Origin: Bdellovibrionota bacterium | Lineage (GTDB): Bacteria; Bdellovibrionota_C; UBA2361; CAKMMH01 | NCBI GenBank assembly: GCA_050952645.1 | Contig: JBMNLI010000012.1 | Coordinates: 64,001-128,000 of the forward strand | Length of the DNA stretch: 64,000 bases | Direction of reading: 5' to 3' | In this document: piece after piece, positions 1 through 9,899 of the stretch | Numbering within the stretch: the first letter of the stretch is position 1 | Layout of the letters: the number at the start of each line of letters is the position of its first letter | The notes under the pieces: model-generated | Seen by the model: the letters and a program-made list of their open reading frames with translations, nothing else | The model's database searches: none | What the model was told of the DNA's origin: nothing | Position numbers and translations under genes: made by a program

Positions 1-95
1 AGTATCAATCTCGCCCTGGGGGTTATACACGTGTGATAAAAACTCGCACTAGGGCTGGCGACGCTGCTGAGCTTGCGTTTATAGAGTTAGTGTAA
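1..95 (+). CDS. rplQ: 50S ribosomal protein L17, 3' end (partial, truncated by window edge)
   Basis: Frame from base 3 reads [30 protein letters not shown], the conserved L17 C-terminus (RPGGYTR..K...R.GD.A..A.IELV); not in the ORF track. Confidence 0.93.
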   Translation, partial: YQSRPGGYTRVIKTRTRAGDAAELAFIELV

Positions 96-179
96 AATTT
101 TAAGATATTAATATTATATTGACAATTTGTAATATAAGCTAAACTTTGACTATCCATAATCTTTAAGGATTAAGTAGGT

Positions 180-494
180 TTGATGTTAGAAGATTTATTT
201 AAATTACTTGCAGATGCTAAGAAAGAGAGTGATGTCGATAAAAAGATATCGCTATTTGAAGAGTATTCTGATAAGTTAAAAACTTTTTTAAAGCAACCTA
301 AAATCCAAGAAAAGTATTCAAAAAAAGATTTAGAAACATTAAATACGATGCATGATGAAGTTTTAAAAGAAACTGAAAGAATTTTTTCATCGTTTAAAGA
401 TGATATAAAAGATTTTCAAAAAAAAAATAAAGGGATAAAGGCGTATATGAATATGCCTAAAAATGTAGCTATAACTAATTATAAAAAAGGATAA
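180..494 (+). CDS. hypothetical helical protein
   Basis: 104 aa ORF co-oriented and tightly packed with the next gene; no family recognised. Confidence 0.6.
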   Translation: MMLEDLFKLLADAKKESDVDKKISLFEEYSDKLKTFLKQPKIQEKYSKKDLETLNTMHDEVLKETERIFSSFKDDIKDFQKKNKGIKAYMNMPKNVAITNYKKG

Positions 495-497
495 ATT

Positions 498-1088
498 ATG
501 GGAGGGATATTACGTATATTATTACCGTTATTAATTTTCATAACTGGTTGTGGTTACACTTTTATAGGTAGTGGCTCGTCGCTTCCTGCAGACGTGCGTT
601 CGGTGTATATTCCCTTTGTTACTAATTTAAGTTCAGATACGTATATAACATCTTTATTAACTGAGGCTTTAAGAGAAGAGTTTGAAAAATATGGTGCTCT
701 TAAAGTAGTAGATTCGACTGAAAACTACGATGCGGTGTTAAACGTTACTATACTTTCAGTAGGTGATGGCTCTAGAACCGTGACTGCAAATACCGAAACG
801 GAGCTTCAAAGCGATTTAACTTTAACGCTTCAAGCAGAGCTTTTAAGGCGTGATGGTACTGTTCTTTGGGCAAATCCTAATTTGTCGCAATCTCGCTCTT
901 ATGCTTCAGATTTAAGCACTGTGCTTACTGGGTCTGCTAATTTTGCTCAAAGTGGTATGAGTGCTGGAGACTTAAGAAATTTAGGGGGTAATGAGATTTC
1001 TCGTTCTCAGCAAAGAATTACTATGGAAAATCTTATAGCTGAAACCTCAAAAAGAATGTACATGCAAGCAGTAGCTCCTAGTTTTTAG
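498..1088 (+). CDS. lptE: LPS assembly lipoprotein LptE family
   Basis: Lipobox ITGC followed by GYTF, SLPADVRSVYIPFVTN, and DAVLNVTI pattern typical of LptE. Confidence 0.75.
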   Translation: MGGILRILLPLLIFITGCGYTFIGSGSSLPADVRSVYIPFVTNLSSDTYITSLLTEALREEFEKYGALKVVDSTENYDAVLNVTILSVGDGSRTVTANTETELQSDLTLTLQAELLRRDGTVLWANPNLSQSRSYASDLSTVLTGSANFAQSGMSAGDLRNLGGNEISRSQQRITMENLIAETSKRMYMQAVAPSF

Positions 1089-1126
1089 TAAGATATATTT
1101 TTAGTAAGATGTGTTTTTAGTAAAGA

Positions 1127-1876
1127 ATGAGTAAGAAAGCAAAAAATGGATATTTATTACTAGATATTTTACTTAAAAAAAATCTTGCAGATTCTCGTTT
1201 AAAAGCTAAGGCGTTGATAAGTGCCTCAAAGGTTTATGTAAATGGAGAAGTGGTAAACGATGTTTCGGCCGTGTTTGATAGTGATGATTTAGATATTCAA
1301 ATTTTTCAAAAATTATTCGTAAGCCGAGCTGGCTATAAATTAAAAAAAGCGTTAGATGAGTTTAAGATAGATTTAAAAGGCAAGGTATGCATAGATGCTG
1401 GCTCTTCTACGGGTGGATTTACAGATTGTATGCTTTTGTATGGTGCTAGTAAAGTTTATGCGGTAGATAGCGCCTATAATGAGCTAGCTTGGAAGCTAAG
1501 AAGTGATAAAAGAGTAGTAGTAAAAGAAAGAACTAGGATTTCCGATTTAGTAATAGATGAAAAAGTCGATTTTATATCCGTTGATTTATCGTTAATTTCT
1601 ATTAAAAAAGTTTTGCTCGATATTAAGAAACATCTTAAAAAAGATGCTCAAATGGTTATCTTAATAAAGCCACAATATGAAATTGAAAAAGACAAACTAC
1701 CTAGCGGTGGAGTTATAAAAGATAGTGATACGCATTTTAAAATTTTAAATGATCTAATAGATTATTTTAAAGCAAATGGTCTTATAGTTTTAGGTAAAGT
1801 AGTTTCCCCAATAAAGGGAGCGCTTGGTAATACTGAATTTTTAGTCCACGTAGAAAATAATATTCTTGCAAAATAA
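1127..1876 (+). CDS. tlyA: TlyA family rRNA 2'-O-methyltransferase (S4 + FtsJ domain)
   Basis: FVSRAGYKL, DAGSSTGGFTD, LIKPQYE and SPIKGALGNTEFL motifs. Confidence 0.95.
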   Translation: MSKKAKNGYLLLDILLKKNLADSRLKAKALISASKVYVNGEVVNDVSAVFDSDDLDIQIFQKLFVSRAGYKLKKALDEFKIDLKGKVCIDAGSSTGGFTDCMLLYGASKVYAVDSAYNELAWKLRSDKRVVVKERTRISDLVIDEKVDFISVDLSLISIKKVLLDIKKHLKKDAQMVILIKPQYEIEKDKLPSGGVIKDSDTHFKILNDLIDYFKANGLIVLGKVVSPIKGALGNTEFLVHVENNILAK

Positions 1877-2003
1877 ATACAAGAATAAATTCTTTTTAAT
1901 AAAAAATATTTTTTCAATTCTTTCTTATAATATTTCTTATAATATTCCTTATAATATCTTGAAAAATAATAGTTTTTTTTATTGAAAATTTTTAATAAAA
2001 CTA

Positions 2004-2036
2004 TTAAGTTTTTTTTCGTATTTATCGATACATAAT
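2004..2036 (+). promoter_or_regulatory. putative promoter of the intergenic RNA (sigma28-like TTAA-N16-ATCGATAC; overlapping sigma70-like -10 CATAAT)
   Basis: Motif resemblance to TAAA-N15/16-GCCGATAA; both readings place a start near 2038-2043, where the structured region begins. Confidence 0.45.
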
Positions 2037-2041
2037 TTACA

Positions 2042-2540
2042 GGGTGGATGTTAGGTTATGTTTAGAACGGTTAGTAAGTTTAGGTGAGTGTAATCCTAGA
2101 AAAAGCTTATAGTTCTAAAATGTCAGAGTGTTAATACATTCTATTGTTTGGTTATGGGTACTCTAAACAAGACTCGTAGCGAATAGAAAAAAAGTTTAAT
2201 GCTTTGAAGCCTTGCGATTTATTTATGCAGCGGTTAAGGAGCATTTACTTGGTGTGGTAAGTGTCCATGCTTTTAGTAGAGTTTCTTTTACGTTATATAA
2301 AGATATTATATAAAGATATTATATAAAGATAATGTCGGCAAGGTCGTGGCTTAAAATATAAAAATATTTTTTTTAGGTTTTTAAAAAGGTTAAAATCTTT
2401 TTTTAAATTTAGAGTAACATTCATGTTATTTAAATGTGTAATAACGAAAGTTATATGCGTTTTTAACATAAAATCCTGTATTTGCGAGTGGGGGCAGCAG
2501 GCTATTTTTTAAAAAGAAAAATACTTGTTGCCCTTTTTTT
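2042..2540 (+). ncRNA. putative large structured non-coding RNA, family not recognised
   Basis: Closing helix TTATGTT (2056-2062)/AACATAA (2465-2471) plus flanks, at least six internal hairpins with G-U pairs on the + strand, a GAAA tetraloop, a terminator, and no ORF in the track. Confidence 0.65.
2490..2540 (+). terminator. intrinsic terminator
   Basis: GGGCAGCAGG...CTTGTTGCCC stem followed by a T7 run. Confidence 0.75.
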
Positions 2541-2852
2541 ATTTATCTCCATTTCCAAATAAGCTATGTAAAGCTTTATGCAAAAAATCAAAACAACTTT
2601 AAGGTAGATAATCTTAAAATTCCTTAAGTATCTCTCTTTACTTTTACTAAAAGAAAATGTAAAAATTAAGGTTAAGTTTTTAAAAAAATATCAAAATATT
2701 TTTGTTAAAGTTTGGATTTATTGCAAAGATAGTGTATACTAACTAAATGCGCTGAGCGTAAGTTTGTATACATTTTTTATGTGTATGTTTATTTAGGCAT
2801 CATACATACATACATACATACATATATTTATTTTTATTGGAGTAATTTTAAA

Positions 2853-3539
2853 GTGTCTGATTTTGTTATACAATTAAAAGATAGATCTCAGTTTGGTTCT
2901 TCAAATGCTAATCGTTATAGGAGAGAAGATTTAATACCAGTTTGTGTTTCTTTTAAAGGTGAAGAAAGTGCTTTAGCAGTGGTTGCTTATAATGAGTTTT
3001 TTCATATGGCAGAGAGAGCAAAGACTTCTCAAGTTTTTACTTTTAAGAGTGATAATAAGAGATTAAATGGCGTTAAAGCGATAGTTAAAAATATACAAAA
3101 AGAATATTTAAAAGATAAAGTTCTTCACGTCGATTTTCAAGCTTTAAAGCCAGGGGAGCACGTTACGGTAAAAGTTCCTTTACAAATCGTTGGAGTAGCA
3201 CAAGGAGTAAAAGTCCAAGGTGGAATTTTAACCCCAGGGGCTAGAGAGGTAAAGCTACGTGTTTTAGATGAAGCTATCCCAGAAATTTTAGATGTTGATG
3301 TAAGCGCTCTTCGTATAGGCGAGACTATATTAGCAAGCGATCTTAAGCTACCAGAAGGGGCAACGCTACTTAGTAGCCCAAGAGAGGCATTAGCAGGCGT
3401 AATCGAAAGCCGTGCTAGTAGACTTGCTGAAATAGCAGCTTCAACGGCTGCTAAGGGGCAGAAAGCTACGACAAAGGATAAAGCGGCAACTGCACCAGCA
3501 GCAGCAGCAACTAAGCCTGCAACGAAGAAAGATAAATAA
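2853..3539 (+). CDS. rplY: 50S ribosomal protein L25 / general stress protein Ctc
   Basis: VLHVDFQ, VKVPL..VG.A.GVK.QGG.L, IPE.LDVDVSAL.IG motifs; probable start GTG 2853 after GGAG; precedes pth. Confidence 0.92.
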   Translation: MSDFVIQLKDRSQFGSSNANRYRREDLIPVCVSFKGEESALAVVAYNEFFHMAERAKTSQVFTFKSDNKRLNGVKAIVKNIQKEYLKDKVLHVDFQALKPGEHVTVKVPLQIVGVAQGVKVQGGILTPGAREVKLRVLDEAIPEILDVDVSALRIGETILASDLKLPEGATLLSSPREALAGVIESRASRLAEIAASTAAKGQKATTKDKAATAPAAAATKPATKKDK

Positions 3540-3542
3540 AAA

Positions 3543-4181
3543 ATGTTAAATCCTTTCGTAATAGTTGGTTTAGGAAATGTCGGTGCAAAGTATGATTTTA
3601 CGAGACACAACGCAGGTTTTTTTATTTTAGATTACCTTATGCCTTTGTTTAACGTTGTAAGTAGCTCTGAAAAGTTTAATGGAGATTTGCAAACCGTTTC
3701 CTTTTTGTTAGAAAGTGATAATTTGCTAGAAAGTGATAATTTAAAAGGATATTTACTAAAGCCTAAAACGTTTATGAATCTTAGTGGTGAATGTGTAAGG
3801 CCGTTTTTAGATTATTATAAGATCTCAGTTTCTAATTTGCTCGTTATTCATGATGATATAGACTTGAAATTAGGCTCTATGAAATTTAAATGCGGTGGGG
3901 GAGATGCTGGTCATAACGGTTTAAGGTCGATTACGAGCCATTTAAACACTAATAATTATTATAGATTGAGAGTAGGTGTTGGAAGAAAGGAAGATGCAAA
4001 AGGGGAAGCACAAGTGGCTGTAAAAGGAGATGTAAAAGATTGGGTTTTAGGAAAGTTTAATAGTAGTGAAAGAGAAAAACTTAAAAATGTAGCTAGTAAA
4101 GTTAAGGAGTATTTACCTTTGTTTTTAGCTGGAGATTTTCAAAGATTTCAAGAAAAAATAAACGGTATTAAGGAAGTTTAA
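3543..4181 (+). CDS. pth: peptidyl-tRNA hydrolase
   Basis: IVGLGN, TRHNAGF, KP.TFMNLSG, HDDIDL and GHNGLRSI motifs. Confidence 0.97.
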   Translation: MLNPFVIVGLGNVGAKYDFTRHNAGFFILDYLMPLFNVVSSSEKFNGDLQTVSFLLESDNLLESDNLKGYLLKPKTFMNLSGECVRPFLDYYKISVSNLLVIHDDIDLKLGSMKFKCGGGDAGHNGLRSITSHLNTNNYYRLRVGVGRKEDAKGEAQVAVKGDVKDWVLGKFNSSEREKLKNVASKVKEYLPLFLAGDFQRFQEKINGIKEV

Positions 4182-4374
4182 GGCAAAGAAAGAAAGACAA
4201 AGTTAAAACGAGTAAAAAAAATAAGATAAATAAAACTAGACCAAGATTTAAGTTAAGTTTATTTAAAATTTTTTACATTGGTAGTCTTGAAATTTTTTGC
4301 TAATATATATAGCATTATGCTTGTATGTATTTTATTTGTATGTATTTTAATTTAATAAATTAGGTAAATAGATT

Positions 4375-4779
4375 ATGAGAAAGTATGAGACGATAGTTAT
4401 TTTTAGCCCTGAGTTAAATAAAAGTCAATTGACTGCACAAATTTCTAAAGTAAAGGAAGTTTTATCGAATGAGAGTGTTGCAGATGTTTTTGTTGAAGAG
4501 TGGGGAAAGAGAAAGATCGCTTACAAATTAAATAAACAAACCTCTGGGCATTACGTTTGTTTTTATTATGAAACTAACAATAGAAAAGCGGTAGATGAGT
4601 TAAATTATAATTTACGAATAAATGATGTAGTTTTAAAGTTTCAAACTCACTTTGTTAGTGATAAGCCTGAAAAATATAGAGGCAATATGGTATTTGTAGA
4701 TTTAGCTAAAACTAATGAAATGATTGCTCCTGATATAGATGATGATTTAAGTATGGCTGATGCTGATTTTAATGATTAA
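4375..4779 (+). CDS. rpsF: 30S ribosomal protein S6 with acidic C-terminal tail
   Basis: MRKYETIVIF.P, WGKRKIAY.L.K...GHY motifs. Confidence 0.95.
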   Translation: MRKYETIVIFSPELNKSQLTAQISKVKEVLSNESVADVFVEEWGKRKIAYKLNKQTSGHYVCFYYETNNRKAVDELNYNLRINDVVLKFQTHFVSDKPEKYRGNMVFVDLAKTNEMIAPDIDDDLSMADADFND

Positions 4780-4946
4780 TAGTTAATAGCTAATATAATG
4801 TTTCTTTATTTAAAGTTAAAATTTAAGCTTTAAAAATTATTTATTCTAATAAAGCGATAAAGAAAAAACGATAAGAAAAAAAGATAAAGAAAAAGATTTT
4901 TTTGACTAATTTAAATAACTAATTAAATAAATGGAGTTAGATAGAA

Positions 4947-5546
4947 ATGGAAATTATATTAAAGGAAGATTTTCCACAGCTTGGTTTTGTAGGTGATACA
5001 GTAAAAGTAAAATCAGGATATGCTAGGAATTTTTTAATCCCTCGTGGTTTAGCAGTCGTTGCTAATTCAGCACAAGCAAACGTAATTAAGCATGAAATGC
5101 AAGCGATAAATGCTAAGAAAGCTAGATTGAAAGAACTCGCTGAAGAAAAGAAAGGAAAGATTGGAGAGTTGTCATTAGAGTATAAATTAAAAGCAGGCGA
5201 AGATGGAAAAGTTTTTGGTTCTATCACTTCTCAAAATATCGAAGAATCGATGAAAAAAGAGGGCGTTCAAGTCGAAAGAAAGCAAATTAAACTTTCTGAG
5301 CCTTTAAAAGATGGTGGAGAGTTTGAGATTCCTGTTAAACTTCACGCAGATGTAGTAGCAAATTTAAAAGTGCTAGTAGAAATCGAGAAGTACCAAAGAC
5401 CTACAAGAAAAAAAGTTGATAAAAAAGCTAGACATCAAAAGCAAGATAAGAAAGTAGCTAGCAAAGAAAAGGTAGCTTCTATGGTGCAATCAGAAGTAGC
5501 TTTAGAAACGATTGATAAAACGGATAGTGTGGCTACTGATGAGTAA
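4947..5546 (+). CDS. rplI: 50S ribosomal protein L9 with ~50 aa C-terminal extension
   Basis: MEIILKED...LG..GD.VKVKSGYARNFLIPRGLA, GKVFGSIT motifs. Confidence 0.97.
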   Translation: MEIILKEDFPQLGFVGDTVKVKSGYARNFLIPRGLAVVANSAQANVIKHEMQAINAKKARLKELAEEKKGKIGELSLEYKLKAGEDGKVFGSITSQNIEESMKKEGVQVERKQIKLSEPLKDGGEFEIPVKLHADVVANLKVLVEIEKYQRPTRKKVDKKARHQKQDKKVASKEKVASMVQSEVALETIDKTDSVATDE

Positions 5547-5578
5547 TGCCTATTTTAGCTTGAATGCTAGTTAATTTT

Positions 5579-5614
5579 AAAGGCAAAGTTTTTTACCGAT
5601 AACTTTGCCTTTTT
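5579..5614 (+). terminator. intrinsic terminator after rplI
   Basis: AAAGGCAAAGTT/AACTTTGCCTTT stem plus T run. Confidence 0.8.
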
Positions 5615-5712
5615 AATTATTAAGTTTTAATTATTGAGTTTTAATTATTGAGTTTAAACTGTTGAGTAGTTTTTTAATTAGAGAAAACTTAAATTAGAGA
5701 AAAAATAAAAAT

Positions 5713-6532
5713 ATGCAAAATGTAAAAAAAATACTTACTCCGTTTTTGTTTTTCTTAACCTTTATTTTACCTGTAATAATTTTATACGTTTTTTTATAAG
5801 TTTTATTACAGCTCATCAAAAGAAATCTTTGTAAAGGAAAATAAATTTGTTAAATGTTCGTTTTCTGCAAAGCCAGGGCATAGTTTTAAAATAGAAGATA
5901 ATAATTTGTTAAACCCAGAAGAGGGAAAAGATTTTATATTAACTAGTTGGTTTAAATTTAGAAAGCTTCCTAAAGATGGCGAAAGAGCGGTGCTAATAAC
6001 TAAATACGATGCAAAGACCGCTTATAAACAAGGCTACGCTTTAGCAGTAGAAAAACAAGCTTCTACTGGTTATAGAGGAAGTTTGTTTTGGCAAGATATT
6101 CATAATAATGGCAGGTGGTATACTTACGGTGAGATCCCTCTAGTAACTGGCAAATGGTTTATGTTCACAGCTAGTTATACCTCAAACAAATATCTTGCAC
6201 TTTATTATACCCACGAATTAAATGGTGAAATAATAACTGAGCTTATAGGGGCTTACAAAGTATCTGCAACGCCAGCTAGTAAAAGTGATTTTAAAGTGGG
6301 TTCTCTACTATCACGAGTATTCGATGGAAGAGTTGGCACTGTTTCAATTATAAAACCTGCGAATGTAGATAAAAATTTAGAAAATATAATAAAAGCTAAT
6401 TTTACTAAACCTAGAAAATTTTCAAAATTATACAAAAAAGAAGACGTAGCCTTATGGACAGTAGGAGCAGGGGAAGATTTAGGAAAAAATAATTTAAAAA
6501 TAATTAAAGTAGGAAAACCTAAAAAGAAATAA
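5713..6532 (+). CDS. membrane-anchored LamG/concanavalin-like domain protein, apparent +1 frameshift at T7 run 5789-5795
   Basis: ATG 5713 gives a hydrophobic N-terminus; removing one T joins it to ORF 5906..6532, which has LamG-like FILTSWFK, GKWFMFTASY and F.VG....FDGRVGTVSI elements. Confidence 0.55.
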
Positions 6533-6570
6533 ACAAATATCAAAATAATAAAAAAATAAGTTAAAGAAAA

Positions 6571-7754
6571 ATGTTTTACAAAAATTACACTTCCGATATT
6601 TTAGAAGATATTAAAAACAAAAACAAAGAGAAAGACAAAAACAAAAGCGAAGAGGAAAATAAAGAGAAAATCAAAGAGAAAAATGGCTCACTTTCTCTAT
6701 CGCTGAGTGCAGGTAAATTTAAAATCTTTTTACCTAAATCTTTTGGTTTTTGTTTTGGTGTTAGAAACGCTTTGAAGATAGTTTCAGATGTAGTTTCTAA
6801 AAATAAAGGGAAAAACATATATTTACTAAGTGAGATTATTCATAATGAAAAATGTAAATAGCGACCTAATTAAAGGCGGAGTGAATTTTATTTTCGGGCG
6901 TAATGGCGAGCAACGAATTCCCTTTGATAAGCTAAAAAAAAGATGATATATGCATTATTCCAGCTTTTGGTGCGACTAGAGAAATTAAGGATATTTTAAA
7001 TCAAAAGTTTGAAAAAAATAATATATACGATACTTGTTGTCCGTTCGTTAAAAAAGTTTTAGAAGCGGCAAAAAATATAGGAAAGAGTGGAGGCACAATT
7101 GTTATTCACGGAAAATATAATCACGAAGAAACTAGAGCTGCATTTTCTTTCGCTAGACAATATGGAGAGGTCATCGTTATAAAAGATATTTTAGAGGCTA
7201 CTTTTTTAGCAGACTGTATAAAGGGCAAATTTTCAAAAAAAGATTTCTATAATAAATTTAAAGACGTTATAACTAAAGATTTTGATTTTGAAAAACATTT
7301 AAAAAAAATGGGGATAGTTAATCAAACTACGATGCTTGCTAATGATACGGTTTTAATTACAAACATTATAAAAGATGCATTAAGTAAGGTTAAAGGAGAG
7401 TTTGTCGATGTGGGTTTTACGCTCTGTTATGCTACTACTAAAAATCAAAAAGCCGTTAAAGCATTAGTAAAAGAAAAACTAGATATAGTGTTAGTAGTCG
7501 GGGGTTTTAACTCGTCTAATACTACTAATTTATATAAAATAGCAAAGCAAAATTTTGAGAGGACTTATTTTATAAAAGATGAGAAAAGCATAATATCCGA
7601 TACTAAGATCGTATGCTTCGATGTGGAAAATAAAAAAGAGAACATTAAAGAAAATTATTTAAGCTCAGTTAAAAACATTGGCATTATCGCAGGGGCTAGT
7701 TGTCCAGATATATTGATAGAGAATGTAATAAAAAAATTAGCATCGTTTTCTTAA
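6571..7754 (+). CDS. ispH: 4-hydroxy-3-methylbut-2-enyl diphosphate reductase with two apparent +1 frameshifts (A runs 6848-6852 and 6934-6941)
   Basis: FGFCFGV, EIIHN, IIPAFGA, DTCCPFV, IHGK..HEET, NQTTM, TLCYAT, VGGFNSSNT and GASCP motifs across three frames. Confidence 0.9.
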
Positions 7755-7756
7755 GT

Positions 7757-8458
7757 TTAACCTTCATAATCTATAAATAAAATATTTTTCTTATACGTAG
7801 GAACAAAAGAAAAAATAAAAGAAGGTGGTTCTTTTATTACAATTACATTACTCTTAGATTTTACCGTAATATTATTAGTGCTACTTTTAAAAATTACAAA
7901 ATACATTTGAGTAGGGTCGTTTCCTATGATATCGAGTATCTTTATATCGCCTAAAGAAATTATAAAAGAAACGTTTTGTGTAAGTATAATATTTTCTAGT
8001 GCAATATTCCCAGAAGAAATAAGTATAGCGGAGTTTAAAGGGAGCAAGGCTTTGTTCGAGACTATATTGCCTAAATAAGCGTTATGCTCAAATTTAGAAA
8101 TATTACAAAATTTTTCTGAGATAAAATCTTCATTCGCAAAAAAGGGTTTGCTTTCTTTACAAGTAAAAGAGTTTTTTAGTATCTTATTAAAATTAAATTT
8201 TAATTTATTATCAGCAGGATAAGTTTTTATTTTCTTACTTAAATTATTCTTAGGATTTAAATAATTATTAAACTCTTTTTCATTTAATTTATGGTTTTTT
8301 ATTATCTCTTCACTAGAAAGATATATTTTAAATGATAATAAAAATATAAACTCAATAATGATAATAAAAACGAGAACTACTATTAGAATAGTTCCTTTTT
8401 GATTTTTATTTTTAATTTTATTTGCAGTTTTATTTTCAATATCCATTTTTATACTCAT
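7757..8458 (-). CDS. PilX/GspK-like minor pilin
   Basis: KG-TILIVVLVFIIII class III signal-like N-terminus without Glu5; last gene of a four-gene cluster. Confidence 0.5.
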   Translation of the reverse strand: MSIKMDIENKTANKIKNKNQKGTILIVVLVFIIIIEFIFLLSFKIYLSSEEIIKNHKLNEKEFNNYLNPKNNLSKKIKTYPADNKLKFNFNKILKNSFTCKESKPFFANEDFISEKFCNISKFEHNAYLGNIVSNKALLPLNSAILISSGNIALENIILTQNVSFIISLGDIKILDIIGNDPTQMYFVIFKSSTNNITVKSKSNVIVIKEPPSFIFSFVPTYKKNILFIDYEG

Positions 8459-9317
8459 TTATATAGGCTATAAAGTTAAAAAAGTTATCACGAGCGAGCA
8501 AATTATCTAAAGAATAAATCATATCTTTTTTATCTTTTGCATAAATTTTTAATTTACAGAAAAGGGTATAAAAGCCATTATTTAATTTATGAGAAAAATT
8601 AATATTAGAAATGTTTTGCATTAGTGGTTGATTTTCAACTATTTTATTATTTTTATAAGTTACGAAACGCAGAGTTTTATTTTGTGCTAAGTATATAGTG
8701 TAAGTAGATGAGATGGGGATAAATGCAAGAAATTTTATATTACTCGGGGCTTTTTTAGTTAAGATGCTTTTAGAGTTAGAAACTTTTGCAATGTAGCAAT
8801 TTTTATCTTTAGTTAAATTTAATGATACCTCAAAAAAATCGTCGCTTGTTAAGGCTAGGAACGTTCTAACGGCATCTATATTAGTTTTCTTTTTGAAAAA
8901 TGGGCATATATAGAAAGTATTTTTAAAGTAATGATTAGTTTTTAATAAGTCTATACTTTCTAATTTAAGGTAAGTAATGGCGTCGCTATTTTTGTTTTTT
9001 GCTAAATCGTCTTTTCTTTTTGAAATTTCGCTAAGTGAGTTATCTTTATATCGAATGTCGCTACTGTGAATAATAGGGTATATATGGAAGCTATGGGCGT
9101 CTAAGTCTTTTATGATTTTTAATAATATATTATTAGTTTTAGAAGTGGCGTAAATTTTATGCAAAAACTTTTTTGCGTAGTATAAATCATTAAAGCTGAT
9201 TTTAGTTAAAATAGCTATGCTTGCTAAGATACTAGAGCTTAAAAATAGGCTTAAGAGTATTTCTAAGTATGTAAAGCCTTTATTGCAATGTTTTAATCTT
9301 ATAAGTAGTTTTGCCAT
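8436..9317 (-). CDS. prepilin-type (PilW/GspJ-like) protein
   Basis: KG-FTYLEILLSL N-methylation motif. Confidence 0.7.
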   Translation of the reverse strand: MAKLLIRLKHCNKGFTYLEILLSLFLSSSILASIAILTKISFNDLYYAKKFLHKIYATSKTNNILLKIIKDLDAHSFHIYPIIHSSDIRYKDNSLSEISKRKDDLAKNKNSDAITYLKLESIDLLKTNHYFKNTFYICPFFKKKTNIDAVRTFLALTSDDFFEVSLNLTKDKNCYIAKVSNSKSILTKKAPSNIKFLAFIPISSTYTIYLAQNKTLRFVTYKNNKIVENQPLMQNISNINFSHKLNNGFYTLFCKLKIYAKDKKDMIYSLDNLLARDNFFNFIAYINEYKNGY

Positions 9318-9525
9318 ATTTATTTTTGCATTTTAAAACGGTAAGTGAATTTACGTTTCTAGATGTGCATATATTTGAAGAGTTATCTAAAGTGTCTAAA
9401 AATTTTATTTTATTTTGAGTTTGAATTTTGTAATCTTTTAAAGATGAGTTTACTATGCATGGAACGATTAGTAGAAGCATTAAAAGTGCTATACAAAATT
9501 CCAAAAATATTATTCCTTTTTGCAT
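9280..9525 (-). CDS. small prepilin-type (PilV/GspI-like) protein
   Basis: KG-IIFLEFCIALL class III signal. Confidence 0.6.
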   Translation of the reverse strand: MQKGIIFLEFCIALLMLLLIVPCIVNSSLKDYKIQTQNKIKFLDTLDNSSNICTSRNVNSLTVLKCKNKYGKTTYKIKTLQ

Positions 9526-9899
9526 ACTTTTTTTATCTGCCCCCTTAAAGAAATTATTATTTTACAAGTATAGTTTTTTAGGCTTAAGTTTATAGTGCTA
9601 GGAGTGCAAGTTAAGTTTTTGCAGCAAACCTGCGTAGTCGTTGTAGTAAGCGAGATTTTTTTATCTACATTAAAAGTTTTTATTTTTGCTTTCGTTTCTT
9701 TATTAAATATGCTGATTTGTTTCCCTGCAGTTTTAAGACAAATATTCTTATTTTGATTTAAGCTTAGCAAACTTAAATTGTTAAAAATATTTTGTGCTTC
9801 AGCTTCTATGGTAAATTTATTTTTCATAGAAGCTAAATTTACGATTCCTAAAACTCCGATACTAGTAAATATAATTATAGTTATTATAGTTTGATTCAT
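9510..9899 (-). CDS. FimT/GspH-like minor pilin (degenerate leader)
   Basis: N-terminal hydrophobic helix, C-terminal P.TI.L......KIIISLRGQIK resembling FimT/GspH; overlaps the downstream pilin genes. Confidence 0.5.
   Translation of the reverse strand: MNQTIITIIIFTSIGVLGIVNLASMKNKFTIEAEAQNIFNNLSLLSLNQNKNICLKTAGKQISIFNKETKAKIKTFNVDKKISLTTTTTQVCCKNLTCTPSTINLSLKNYTCKIIISLRGQIKKVCKKE

Noticed and set aside
2433..2462. GAAA-capped hairpin as group II intron domain V; also considered RNase P, tmRNA and SRP for this region
   Set aside because: No AGC/CGC triad or GUGYG 5' end, no GAGGAAAGUC, no tRNA-like ends and no SRP GGAA/GCAGC loop arrangement seen
2042..2540. OLE RNA, because OLE loci lie near tlyA
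   Set aside because: No oapA or ispA neighbour, a Gram-negative context, and I cannot match OLE conserved sequence by eye; left to cmscan
6571..7754. Stop-codon reassignment or a true ispH pseudogene
   Set aside because: The breaks are frame changes, not in-frame stops; the conserved motifs are intact, and other genes read normally in the standard code
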